Source: Alphaproteobacteria bacterium (GTDB lineage Bacteria > Pseudomonadota > Alphaproteobacteria > SMXP01). Taken from it: a stretch of 44,677 bases of DNA. A program made the position numbers and the translations under genes. The number at the start of each line of letters is the position of its first letter. Position 1 is the stretch's first letter. The stretch is from positions 1-44,677 of the forward strand of contig JAJFIO010000114.1 of NCBI GenBank assembly GCA_021774915.1, in the 5' to 3' direction. Shown in pieces: positions 9,787 through 18,268 of the stretch. The notes under the pieces are model-generated. The model was not told the DNA's origin and ran no database searches. It saw only the letters and a list, made by a program, of their open reading frames with translations.

Positions 9787-9826
9787 ATGATACATTATAT
9801 TTATAATATCAATATTTTTGTATCAC
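9787..9826. promoter_or_regulatory. Putative PaaX operator, TGATAC-N26-GTATCA (site 2)
   Basis: TGATAC at 9788-9793 and GTATCA at 9820-9825 with an AT-rich 26-nt spacer, the same geometry as 6461-6498. About 60 nt upstream of the di-iron gene. Confidence 0.75.
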
Positions 9827-10461
9827 TTAAGGGCGCTTTCTGGCTCTTTGGACTCAAATGCCAGAAAATGGCCATTTTTCAGCCCTCCTATGAAAAGATC
9901 TGCAGCCAGATCAGCAATCTGTTCGCTGGTCAGCCCCTTTGCGGGGTCAAACCATGTGTAAGTCCAGTTGATCATCCCTAAAAATAACATCGAAAACACA
10001 GTGAGATTGGCTCTTGAAGCGTGCCCACCCCCTAAAATATCGCCGATAAGGGTGGAGATGAGACTCACCACACCGTCCTCTTGAGCAATGATGAGATCCC
10101 GATCCTCTGCACCCAACGCCTCAAGCTCATTGAGCAAGACGATATGCTTGGCTTTCGCCTTCTCATAAAGCTGTAAAAAATCCCGCGTCAGATGACGGAA
10201 TTTATCTTCCGGGTCGCCCGACCCCCTAACGATGGCGCGCGCGGTCTGGCTCAGCGCCCTTGTATGTCCCTCCACCGAACAAAACAACATTTCCCGTTTT
10301 GATGAGAAATAATGGTAAAGCAAGGACTTTGATATTTTACACGATGCGGCTATTTCGGATATCGAAGTTTTATGAAACCCGTGTGCGGCGAAGAGCTCCG
10401 TAGAAGTATCGATGATATGCTGTCGTCGTTCGTCATAATCGGCAGATTGGGTCCGCGCCAT
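9823..10461 (-). CDS. TetR-family regulator, PaaR-like
   Basis: MART.S.DYD..R..I....ELFA..GF..TS..EIA..C.ISKSLLYHYF.SK helix-turn-helix and C-terminal GMINWTYTWF. Directly downstream of paaK. Confidence 0.85.
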   Translation of the reverse strand: MARTQSADYDERRQHIIDTSTELFAAHGFHKTSISEIAASCKISKSLLYHYFSSKREMLFCSVEGHTRALSQTARAIVRGSGDPEDKFRHLTRDFLQLYEKAKAKHIVLLNELEALGAEDRDLIIAQEDGVVSLISTLIGDILGGGHASRANLTVFSMLFLGMINWTYTWFDPAKGLTSEQIADLAADLFIGGLKNGHFLAFESKEPESALK

Positions 10462-10504
10462 GTCACATGACTCCCCTTCTCAATAACATCTGATGGGGCG
10501 CCGC

Positions 10505-11821
10505 TCAGGCGGGTCTGGTTCTTGCGTGACGCATATCAATCACACGGGCCGCTTTTCCTTCAGATCTTTCCAGTTTCATAGGCTCTTCCACATGAACCGT
10601 CGTACTCACCCCGACCATCACCTTGATTTGGTGCTTGAGATCCTGCGCGGTATTTAGGCGGTTTTGAGTATCTACCGCACCTTGTAAAGAGGAACATTCC
10701 ACGCGCACAGTGAGGGAGTCGAGCGCTCCTTCGCGGTGGATCTCCAGAACATAATGAGGCGACAAGCGATCATCTTTCAAGATCAGCTCTTCGATCTGTG
10801 TGGGAAAAACGTTCACGCCTCGGATGATCATCATATCATCACTGCGCCCTCTTATGCGACCCATGCGCCGCATAGAGCGCGCCGTGCCGGGAAGCAGACG
10901 CGTGAGATCCCGTGTTCGATAACGGATGACCGGCATTGCTTCTTTGGTAAGAGACGTAAAAACCAACTCGCCTTCCTCACCATCTTCCAACACGTCGCCT
11001 GTTTCGGGATTGATAATCTCGGGATAAAAATGATCTTCCCAGATATGAGGGCCGTCTTTTGTTTCTATGCATTCATTGGCGACGCCGGGTCCCATCACTT
11101 CCGACAGGCCATAAATATCGACAGCGTCGATATTAAAACGCCCCTCGATTTCCCGGCGCATTTCATCCGTCCATGGCTCCGCCCCGAAAATACCAACGCG
11201 CAGAGAAACTTCGCGCGAATCAAGCCCCTGGCGCATAAACTCATCGGCCAGAGCCAACATATAGGACGGTGTCACCATGATGATATCGGGTTTAAAATCC
11301 TGCATCAGTTGCACCTGGCGCTCCGTCGCCCCGCCCGACATCGGAACTACCGTGCAGCCCAATCGCTCCGCGCCGTAATGCGCCCCCAATCCGCCGGTAA
11401 AAAGCCCGTAGCCATAGGCGACATGAACCATATCGCCCGGCTTGCCACCCGCCGCCCGAATGGAGCGGGCGACGACATCAGCCCAGATATCAATATCGTT
11501 TTTGGTGTAACCGACAACCGTGGGCTTGCCGGTGGTGCCGCTTGATGCATGAATGCGCGCAACCTTTTCACGCGGCACGGCAAACATGCCGAAGGGATAA
11601 TTCGCCCGCAGATCGTCTTTTACCGTAAACGGAAAGAGACTAAGATCTTTCAAAGACTTCAGATCGCCGGGATGCACGCCTTTGTCTTCAAAAGCCTTGC
11701 GGTAAAAAGGAACATTGTCATACGTGTGCACAAGCGTCTTTTTCATCCGCTTAAGCTGAACCGCAGCAATCTCATCCCGAGACGCCTTTTCCAGATGATC
11801 TAATCTCGAGCAATCCGGCAT
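10505..11821 (-). CDS. paaK: Phenylacetate-CoA ligase
   Basis: RIHASSGTTGKPTVVGYT, YGYGLFTGGLGAHYGAE, IFGAEPW, DIYGLSEVMGPGV, RYRTRDLT and GRSDDM. Start placed at ATG 11821 behind GGAGG. Confidence 0.95.
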   Translation of the reverse strand: MPDCSRLDHLEKASRDEIAAVQLKRMKKTLVHTYDNVPFYRKAFEDKGVHPGDLKSLKDLSLFPFTVKDDLRANYPFGMFAVPREKVARIHASSGTTGKPTVVGYTKNDIDIWADVVARSIRAAGGKPGDMVHVAYGYGLFTGGLGAHYGAERLGCTVVPMSGGATERQVQLMQDFKPDIIMVTPSYMLALADEFMRQGLDSREVSLRVGIFGAEPWTDEMRREIEGRFNIDAVDIYGLSEVMGPGVANECIETKDGPHIWEDHFYPEIINPETGDVLEDGEEGELVFTSLTKEAMPVIRYRTRDLTRLLPGTARSMRRMGRIRGRSDDMMIIRGVNVFPTQIEELILKDDRLSPHYVLEIHREGALDSLTVRVECSSLQGAVDTQNRLNTAQDLKHQIKVMVGVSTTVHVEEPMKLERSEGKAARVIDMRHARTRPA

Positions 11822-11858
11822 TGGCCTAAAGCCTCCCTCCCCGTCTATCAATTAATGG

Positions 11859-13064
11859 TCACACCCGTTCGAAGATGGCGGCGATGCCCTGCCCCACGCC
11901 AATACACATGGTGCAGAGAGCATAGCGGCCCTGGCGGCGCTTCAGTTCAAGACAGGCGGTCAGCGCCAGGCGCGCGCCGCTCATACCCAGAGGGTGGCCA
12001 AGAGCAATGGCGCCGCCATGAGGATTGACGTGCGGTGCATCATCGGCCAACCCGAGCGCGCGCATCACTGCCAAGGATTGCGCCGCAAAAGCTTCATTCA
12101 GTTCAATGACGTTCATATCGTTAATATTCAGACCGGCTTGGCCCAGGAGTTTCTTCGTCGCGGGCACAGGGCCGACTCCCATGATGCGCGGGGGCACACC
12201 GTGTACGGCACTGCCGACAAAGCGCGCACGCACGTTGAGATCATATTCCTTGACCGCTTTTTCCGAGGCGACGATCATCGCGCATGCGCCGTCATTGACG
12301 CCCGATGCATTGCCTGCGGTAATAGTCCCGCCGGCCTTAAACGGGGTCGGCAGAGAGCTTAGCTTTTCAAGTTTGGTTTCAGGTCGCGGATGCTCATCGC
12401 GCGTGATGTCCTTTTCTTGTTGGCGGGAAACGCGCACGCGCACGGGAATGATCTCGTCATCGAATATGCCTGCTTCTTGAGCCGCCCCCGCCTTTTGCTG
12501 CGAGCGCCAAGCGAACTGATCCTGGTCTTCTCGTGAAATCTGAAAATCTGTCGCCACATTTTCCGCCGTCTCAGGCATAGAATCCACACCGTAGTGCTTT
12601 TCCATCAGCTTATTCACGAAGCGCCAGCCGATCGTGGTGTCATAGATTTCCGCCTTGCGCGAAAACGCGCCCTCCGCCTTGCCCATCACAAAAGGCGCAC
12701 GGCTCATGCTCTCCACACCGCCGGCAATCACCAGATCCGCCTCGCCGCATTTCACCAGACGCGCCGCCTGAGCGATGGCATCGAGTCCCGATCCGCACAA
12801 ACGGTTCACGGTTGCGCCCGGCACCACTTCCGGCAGGCCGCTGAGCAGAACCGCCATGCGCGCCACATTGCGATTGTCCTCGCCCGCCTGATTGGCGCAG
12901 CCCAGAATCACATCATCAAGACGCGCCCAATCCACTTGTGAAGTGCGCTCCATCAGTGCGCGCAAAGGCACCGCCGCCAAGTCATCAGGGCGAACAGAAG
13001 ACAGCGCGCCGCCATACCGCCCAATCGGGGTGCGCACACCATCACATATAAAAGCATCATTCAT
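11859..13064 (-). CDS. paaJ: 3-oxoadipyl-CoA / 3-oxo-5,6-dehydrosuberyl-CoA thiolase (PaaJ/PcaF)
   Basis: RTPIGRYGG, NQAGEDNRNVARMA, NRLCGSG, NEAFA, GHPLG and CIGVGQG. Confidence 0.9.
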   Translation of the reverse strand: MNDAFICDGVRTPIGRYGGALSSVRPDDLAAVPLRALMERTSQVDWARLDDVILGCANQAGEDNRNVARMAVLLSGLPEVVPGATVNRLCGSGLDAIAQAARLVKCGEADLVIAGGVESMSRAPFVMGKAEGAFSRKAEIYDTTIGWRFVNKLMEKHYGVDSMPETAENVATDFQISREDQDQFAWRSQQKAGAAQEAGIFDDEIIPVRVRVSRQQEKDITRDEHPRPETKLEKLSSLPTPFKAGGTITAGNASGVNDGACAMIVASEKAVKEYDLNVRARFVGSAVHGVPPRIMGVGPVPATKKLLGQAGLNINDMNVIELNEAFAAQSLAVMRALGLADDAPHVNPHGGAIALGHPLGMSGARLALTACLELKRRQGRYALCTMCIGVGQGIAAIFERV

Positions 13065-13081
13065 CTTAGCTGAATCTCCAC

Positions 13082-13873
13082 TTAACTGCCGGTATAATGC
13101 GGCGTTCTCTTGCCTAAAAATGCCGCCACGCCTTCGGCATAATCGTCCGAATTACCCGCCTGGCGCTGAAGCTCTTCCTCAACATCAAGCTGCGCCTCCA
13201 GCGTATTTTCCAGCGACAGCGCCAGCGCTTTTTTGGTGAGGCCGTACCCTAAGGTCGGTTGACCGGCCATTTCCAATACCAGTTTTTCCGCCTCACCCAT
13301 CAAATCCTCATCAGGGTACGCTTTCCAGATCATCCCCCAGTCGGCCGCCTGCACCCCCGTGATCGGCGTTGCCAACATCGCGATGGCCTTGGCCCGCGGC
13401 AGACCAATGAGCCGGGGCAGGAAAAACGTGCCGCCGCTGTCGGGGATCAGCCCCAGCTTTGAAAAGGCCTGAATAAAACGCGCCCCTTCCGCCGCCAGAA
13501 CGATATCGCACGCCAGCGCGAGATTGGCGCCCGCCCCGGCTGCCGTGCCGTTCACCGCGCAGAGGGTTGGTTTAGGCAAAGAGACGAGTTTAAGAATAAG
13601 GGGGTTATAGCCTTGCCTCAGCGATGCGCCGAGATCCGTTTTCGCGCCTTGGGCTTTGACCGCGCGATCATTGAGGTCTTGACCCGAACAAAAGCCCCGC
13701 CCCGCCCCCGTCAGCAGCACCGCGCGAATATCATCGCGCGTCGCCGCCTCATCCAGCGCCGCGCCCAGCTCCTCCAGCATCTGCCGGGTGACCGCGTTCA
13801 GCCGCTCTGGGCGATTGAGCGTCAGTTTAGCCACCCCCGCCTCAACGGTGAAAAGAATGGTTTCAAAGGTCAT
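13082..13873 (-). CDS. paaG: 1,2-epoxyphenylacetyl-CoA isomerase (PaaG)
   Basis: Crotonase with GRGFCSGQDL, YNPLI, NG.AAGAGANLALACD, IQAFSKLGLIPDSGGT and DYAEGV.AF..KR. First gene of paaG-J-K. Confidence 0.9.
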   Translation of the reverse strand: MTFETILFTVEAGVAKLTLNRPERLNAVTRQMLEELGAALDEAATRDDIRAVLLTGAGRGFCSGQDLNDRAVKAQGAKTDLGASLRQGYNPLILKLVSLPKPTLCAVNGTAAGAGANLALACDIVLAAEGARFIQAFSKLGLIPDSGGTFFLPRLIGLPRAKAIAMLATPITGVQAADWGMIWKAYPDEDLMGEAEKLVLEMAGQPTLGYGLTKKALALSLENTLEAQLDVEEELQRQAGNSDDYAEGVAAFLGKRTPHYTGS

Positions 13874-13945
13874 AGTGTTTAACGCCCCTTTTCACGCGCG
13901 CCCTCGCCCAGGCTGAAAACCCCAGAAACTCGGGAAATATTAATT

Positions 13946-13962
13946 AACCGACCGATCATTCA
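13946..13962. promoter_or_regulatory. Putative PaaR (TetR) operator upstream of paaG
   Basis: AACCGACCGATCATTCA (reverse complement TGAATGATCGGTCGGTT) resembles the ACCGACCG..CGGT-type boxes of PaaR regulators. Confidence 0.55.
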
Positions 13963-14062
13963 TATTTTAAAATCAAGTCCCTGTCTATGGCAGATTAAAT
14001 GACAAGAGGCGCCGCTAGCCCAAACCAGCCTGTTGTGTTTACTCTCAAACACCAGAGGATAT

Positions 14063-14078
14063 ATTTTAAGCTTAAATC
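14063..14078. promoter_or_regulatory. TTTA-N4-TAAA palindrome, putative MarR operator (copy 1)
   Basis: ATTTTAAGCTTAAATC with a perfect 12-bp core, upstream of the CoA ligase. Related copies at 31793 and 34502. Confidence 0.5.
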
Positions 14079-14141
14079 TTTATCGAGCGTGTGGTACAGG
14101 CAATCATTCACTCTCCCCTTAAACTTCGGCACCGCAAAACC

Positions 14142-15755
14142 ATGACCGTGTATCGCGAATTCATCAAATCAAATCTCGACTTCTCAACGAGGCCTTTTTT
14201 GTGCTTGCCGGAAGGCGCAGGAGATCTGACCTATGGCGCCGCAGGGACCCAAGTGGAAGACCTGCGCGCCTGCTATTCACAAGCCGCTTACGGCCTGGGC
14301 CACAGGGTCTGTTTGGTCCTCGACAACCGGCCGGAGTTTTTCATCCATTTTTTAGCCTTAAACGCTTTGGGCGTCAGCGTCATCCCGGTTAGCGCCGGAC
14401 TGAGACCAGAAGAGATCGCTTTCATTTTCGAGCGCAGCGATACCGATCTCGTGGTCAGCCTCGATCAGCACAAGAGCCTGGTGGCAGAAGCCATTCGACA
14501 GTGCGATACAGCTATTCCCCTTGCGGCCTTAGAACACCTTTCTCCAGTGCCCAAGCCCTTTTCGCAGGCACGGCGCGGCGCGCCGGATCTGGCCAGCGAA
14601 GCCGCCATGCTGTTCACCTCGGGCACAACAGGCAAGCCGAAGGGATGTCTTCTTTCCAATGAGTACTTTACCGGCCTTGGGCGCTGGTATGCTGATATGG
14701 GGGGATTGTGCGCTCTGGAGCCGGGTGCGGAACGCCTGATCACGCCGCTGCCGGTCAGCCATATGAACGCCATGGCCTGCTCGTTCATGGCCATGCTTAT
14801 GTCTGGCGGATGCATCATTCAGCTTGACCGTTTTCACCCCTCAACCTGGTGGGCTAGCGTGCGCGAGGCGCGCGCCACGATCCTCCATTATCTGGGCGTC
14901 ATGCCGGCCATGCTCCTCAATGCTCCGCCAGAGGAAGAAGATGATTTCAGTGCCCAGATTAAATTTGGATTTGGCGCCGGCGTCGACCCCAAGCATCACC
15001 GTACTTTTGAAGAGCGCTTCGGCTTTCCGCTGATCGAAGCCTGGGCCATGTCTGAGACCGGTGCGGGGGCCTGCATTGCGGCCACCCAAGAGCCGCGCCA
15101 TGTGGGCACACGCTGCTTTGGCAAAGCCTTGCCCGGCCTTGAAACCCGGATGGTTGACGAACAGGGCGAAGACGTGGTCCAAGGCACGCCCGGCGAACTT
15201 CTGGTGCGCCGCAAAGGGCCCAACCCGCGGCAATATTTCTTCAGTGGCTATTACAAGGACGCCCAAGCCACGGCGCAAGCCTGGGAGGGCGGATGGTTTC
15301 ACACCGGCGATGTCGTGCGCAAAGATAGCGAGGGATATTATTATTTCGTCGATCGGCGCAAAAACATTATCCGCCGCAGCGGTGAAAACATCGCCGCGGT
15401 CGAAGTTGAAGGCGTTTTGATGCAAAGCTCCCTTGTCGAGAACTGCGCCGTGGCCCCCATCCCGGACGAGATCCGGGGAGAAGAAGTGATGGCGTTGATC
15501 GTCGTCGTGCAAGGACAAGCAAAAACGATAGAGACGGCTGAAAAAATTGCCGCTTCTTGCCGGGGCGCTCTCGCCTATTACAAAGCACCCGGCTACATTG
15601 CCTTGGTCGATAGCTTGCCGATGACGGGTTCGCAAAAGTTACAACGCGGCAGGATTAAAGAAATCTGCCGTGATCTGGCGGCGCGTGGGGAGTGTTTTGA
15701 TCTGACCCCCATGAAATCACGCTCACGGCAAAACAACAAAGGCGCACGCGCGTGA
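14142..15755 (+). CDS. Acyl-CoA ligase (CaiC-like AMP-binding enzyme) of the iad-like cluster
   Basis: FTSGTTGKPKG, EAWAMSE, WFHTGD, DRRKNIIRRSGENI and terminal SQK lysine. Start taken at ATG 14142 (GTG 14091 is an alternative). Confidence 0.9.
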   Translation: MTVYREFIKSNLDFSTRPFLCLPEGAGDLTYGAAGTQVEDLRACYSQAAYGLGHRVCLVLDNRPEFFIHFLALNALGVSVIPVSAGLRPEEIAFIFERSDTDLVVSLDQHKSLVAEAIRQCDTAIPLAALEHLSPVPKPFSQARRGAPDLASEAAMLFTSGTTGKPKGCLLSNEYFTGLGRWYADMGGLCALEPGAERLITPLPVSHMNAMACSFMAMLMSGGCIIQLDRFHPSTWWASVREARATILHYLGVMPAMLLNAPPEEEDDFSAQIKFGFGAGVDPKHHRTFEERFGFPLIEAWAMSETGAGACIAATQEPRHVGTRCFGKALPGLETRMVDEQGEDVVQGTPGELLVRRKGPNPRQYFFSGYYKDAQATAQAWEGGWFHTGDVVRKDSEGYYYFVDRRKNIIRRSGENIAAVEVEGVLMQSSLVENCAVAPIPDEIRGEEVMALIVVVQGQAKTIETAEKIAASCRGALAYYKAPGYIALVDSLPMTGSQKLQRGRIKEICRDLAARGECFDLTPMKSRSRQNNKGARA

Positions 15756-16930
15756 CTATGACACCGAAATCTTTTGAAGGCGTGGCCCTGGTGGCCCCGG
15801 TAGCTGTGCCTTATGTCCGCCATTCAGATCATGGCGCCGCGTGGTTCATCGGCCGGGCGCTCAAATCTATGATCACCACCACCGGACTTGAAAAATCAGA
15901 CGTGGACGGACTGGCCATTGCCAGCTTTTCTCTGGCTCCGGACACGGCGGTGGTTTTAAGCGAACATTTCGGCCTCACCCCGCGTTTTTTGGAACACATT
16001 CCCATGGGTGGCGCCAGCGGCATTGTCGCCCTGCGCCGGGCGGCGCGCGCCATCCAGGCGGGGGATGCCGAAGTTGTAGCGTGCATCGGCGGCGACACCA
16101 TGGCCAAGGGCGGTTTTGCCGATCTCATTTCCAATTTCAGCCGCTTCTCAACAGATGCGGTCTTCCCTTACGGCGCGGCGGGACCCAATGGCGTATTTGC
16201 GGGCATCACCCAGAACTATATGGCGCGCTATGGCGTTACCCGGGCAGATTTTGGCCGGGTCTGCCTGTCCCAGCGCCGCAACGCCCAAAGCTTTCCCCAT
16301 GCCCTGCTGCAAAAACCCATGACCATGGAGGATTACCTGAACGCCCGGCCCATTGCCGGTCCGCTGCATCTTTTTGACTGCGTGATGCCCTGCGCCGGGG
16401 CTGACGGCTTTCTCGTGATGTCCACAGACAGGGCAAAAAAACTGGGCCAGCCCTATGCGGAAATTTTAAGCGCCGAAGAATTGCATAACGCTTATCCGGA
16501 AGACCCTATTGCCACGAGAGGCGGCTGGGCGCTCTATCGCGACGCCCTCTATGATGCCGCCGGAGCGGGGCCCGGCGATATGGATTTTCTTCAGACCTAT
16601 GACGATTACCCGGTGATTGTGATGATGCAGATCGAAGACTTAGGCTTTTGCGCCAAGGGCGAGGCGGCCCGCTTTGTCCGCGAAACCTCTCTTGATGTTG
16701 ACGGCGGCGGCCTGCCCCACAACACGTCCGGAGGCCAGCTCTCCTGCGGGCAGGCGGGGGCGGCGGGGGGTTTTCTCGGACTGGTGGAAGGTCTGGCCCA
16801 AGTGACCGGGCAGGCCTTGGGCCAAGCGGTTTCAGACGCCCGTATCGGACTTGTCAGCGGCTATGGCATGGTCACTTATGACCGCTGCCTCTCGAGCGCC
16901 GCGGTCATTATTGCGCGGGGGCCACAATGA
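15752..16930 (+). CDS. Thiolase-superfamily (SCP-x/Ltp2-like) protein lacking the canonical N-terminal Cys
   Basis: PMGGASG in place of the Cys motif, plus LFDCVMPCAGA, QTYDDYP, EDLGFC.KG and NTSGGQLS. Coupled to a DUF35 gene. Confidence 0.85.
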   Translation: MTMTPKSFEGVALVAPVAVPYVRHSDHGAAWFIGRALKSMITTTGLEKSDVDGLAIASFSLAPDTAVVLSEHFGLTPRFLEHIPMGGASGIVALRRAARAIQAGDAEVVACIGGDTMAKGGFADLISNFSRFSTDAVFPYGAAGPNGVFAGITQNYMARYGVTRADFGRVCLSQRRNAQSFPHALLQKPMTMEDYLNARPIAGPLHLFDCVMPCAGADGFLVMSTDRAKKLGQPYAEILSAEELHNAYPEDPIATRGGWALYRDALYDAAGAGPGDMDFLQTYDDYPVIVMMQIEDLGFCAKGEAARFVRETSLDVDGGGLPHNTSGGQLSCGQAGAAGGFLGLVEGLAQVTGQALGQAVSDARIGLVSGYGMVTYDRCLSSAAVIIARGPQ

Positions 16931-17400
16931 GCACTCCCCTCACACCACCGTCATCCCGCACCCCGCTTTGGGCTGAGATCACCAAAGCGGCAAAAGAAAG
17001 GCGCTTCACTCTTCAAGTGTGCGCCTCCTGCGCCACGGTGCAATATCCACCACGCGAAGTTTGCCGCTCCTGCCTATCGGACAGGCTCGACTGGAGCCAA
17101 GTCGATCCTGATGGCACAGTGCTGACGTGTACGGAGCTCCATGTTTCCAGCGATCCCTTTTTCCAAAACCACATGCCGTGGGTTATGGGCACGGTGCACC
17201 TCGACTGCGGACCTGTCATCTTCGCCCATCTGGCGCCAGGCGCGCACAAAATAAGCGGCCACGTGACGATGATCAATCGCCTTGACCCGTCAGGCCAGGG
17301 CGTTTTTATCGCACTGCCTAAATCTGCCCACACTCCGCCTCAAGATTTCGACTTTGCTGATCTGCTAACTGGGCAAAATGAAGAGGGGAAGAACTCATGA
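16927..17400 (+). CDS. DUF35/ChsH2-like Zn-ribbon plus OB-fold protein
   Basis: LQVCASCATVQYPPREVCRSC zinc ribbon followed by OB-fold (G.V.LDCGP). ATGA overlap with the thiolase-like gene. Confidence 0.85.
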   Translation: MSTPLTPPSSRTPLWAEITKAAKERRFTLQVCASCATVQYPPREVCRSCLSDRLDWSQVDPDGTVLTCTELHVSSDPFFQNHMPWVMGTVHLDCGPVIFAHLAPGAHKISGHVTMINRLDPSGQGVFIALPKSAHTPPQDFDFADLLTGQNEEGKNS

Positions 17401-18134
17401 CCAGTGAACAGGATCGCGGGAGCGCGCTCGTCACCGGCGGCTCCACCGGAATCGGCGAAGCCATTTGCCGGCATTTGCTGGATGCGGGATATGACGTTAT
17501 CTCACTCGCCCGCCGCAAAGCGCCCTTCACCCATGATCGCCTCACATCCGTTGAGGTGGATCTCACCGACCGCACAGCCACCCGCCAGGCGGCGCAAGAG
17601 ATCTGTGCGCAACACAATGTGTTGAACGTGGTTCACAATGCCGGGATAATCCGGCCTGCCTTGCTGGCGGATGTCAAATTGCAAGACCTCGACTATCTCA
17701 CCAATCTTCATCTGGCGGCGGTTTTGATTATCGTTCAGGAAGCGCTGCCAGCCATGAAAAAGGCGGGCTATGGCCGCATCGTTAACATCTCATCGCGCGC
17801 CGCTCTTGGCCTTGAAACGCGTTCTGTCTATTCCGCCACCAAATCCGGTATGCTCGGGCTGACCCGAACCTGGGCGCTGGAACTGGCGCCTTCGGGGATA
17901 ACCGTTAATGCGGTCTCCCCCGGCCCCATCGTCACCGACATGTTTCATGAATTGGTCCCGGCAGACAGCTCCAAGAAAACTTCCCTGGCGGGGTCCATTC
18001 CCGTCCGGCGCCTCGGCACAGCCGATGACGTGGCGCGCGCAGTGATGTTTTTCCTGGCGCGTGACAGCGATTTTATCACCGGCCAGAATCTTTTTGTCTG
18101 CGGGGGAACCAGCATCGCCTCTTTAGCGCTTTAA
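17397..18134 (+). CDS. Short-chain dehydrogenase/reductase
   Basis: TGGSTGIG, HNAG, catalytic YSATK and NAVSPGP. Confidence 0.9.
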   Translation: MTSEQDRGSALVTGGSTGIGEAICRHLLDAGYDVISLARRKAPFTHDRLTSVEVDLTDRTATRQAAQEICAQHNVLNVVHNAGIIRPALLADVKLQDLDYLTNLHLAAVLIIVQEALPAMKKAGYGRIVNISSRAALGLETRSVYSATKSGMLGLTRTWALELAPSGITVNAVSPGPIVTDMFHELVPADSSKKTSLAGSIPVRRLGTADDVARAVMFFLARDSDFITGQNLFVCGGTSIASLAL

Positions 18135-18172
18135 TTTAAGATATTTTTCGTTTGGACTTATTCATAAGTTCT

Positions 18173-18244
18173 CTGGATCCCGGATCTAACATTCGTCTAT
18201 CAAAAACCTACGGTTTTTGCGCTCATGTAACGTCCGGGATGACG
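18173..18244. repeat. REP-like palindromic element with an internal hairpin between convergent genes
   Basis: CTGGATCCCGGATC...GTCCGGGATGACG ends, where ATCCCGGA pairs with TCCGGGAT, enclosing CAAAAACC-TAC-GGTTTTTG (18201-18219). Resembles alphaproteobacterial extragenic palindromes. Confidence 0.55.
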
Positions 18245-18268
18245 CAGATCAGACTTGGCTACCCCTTC

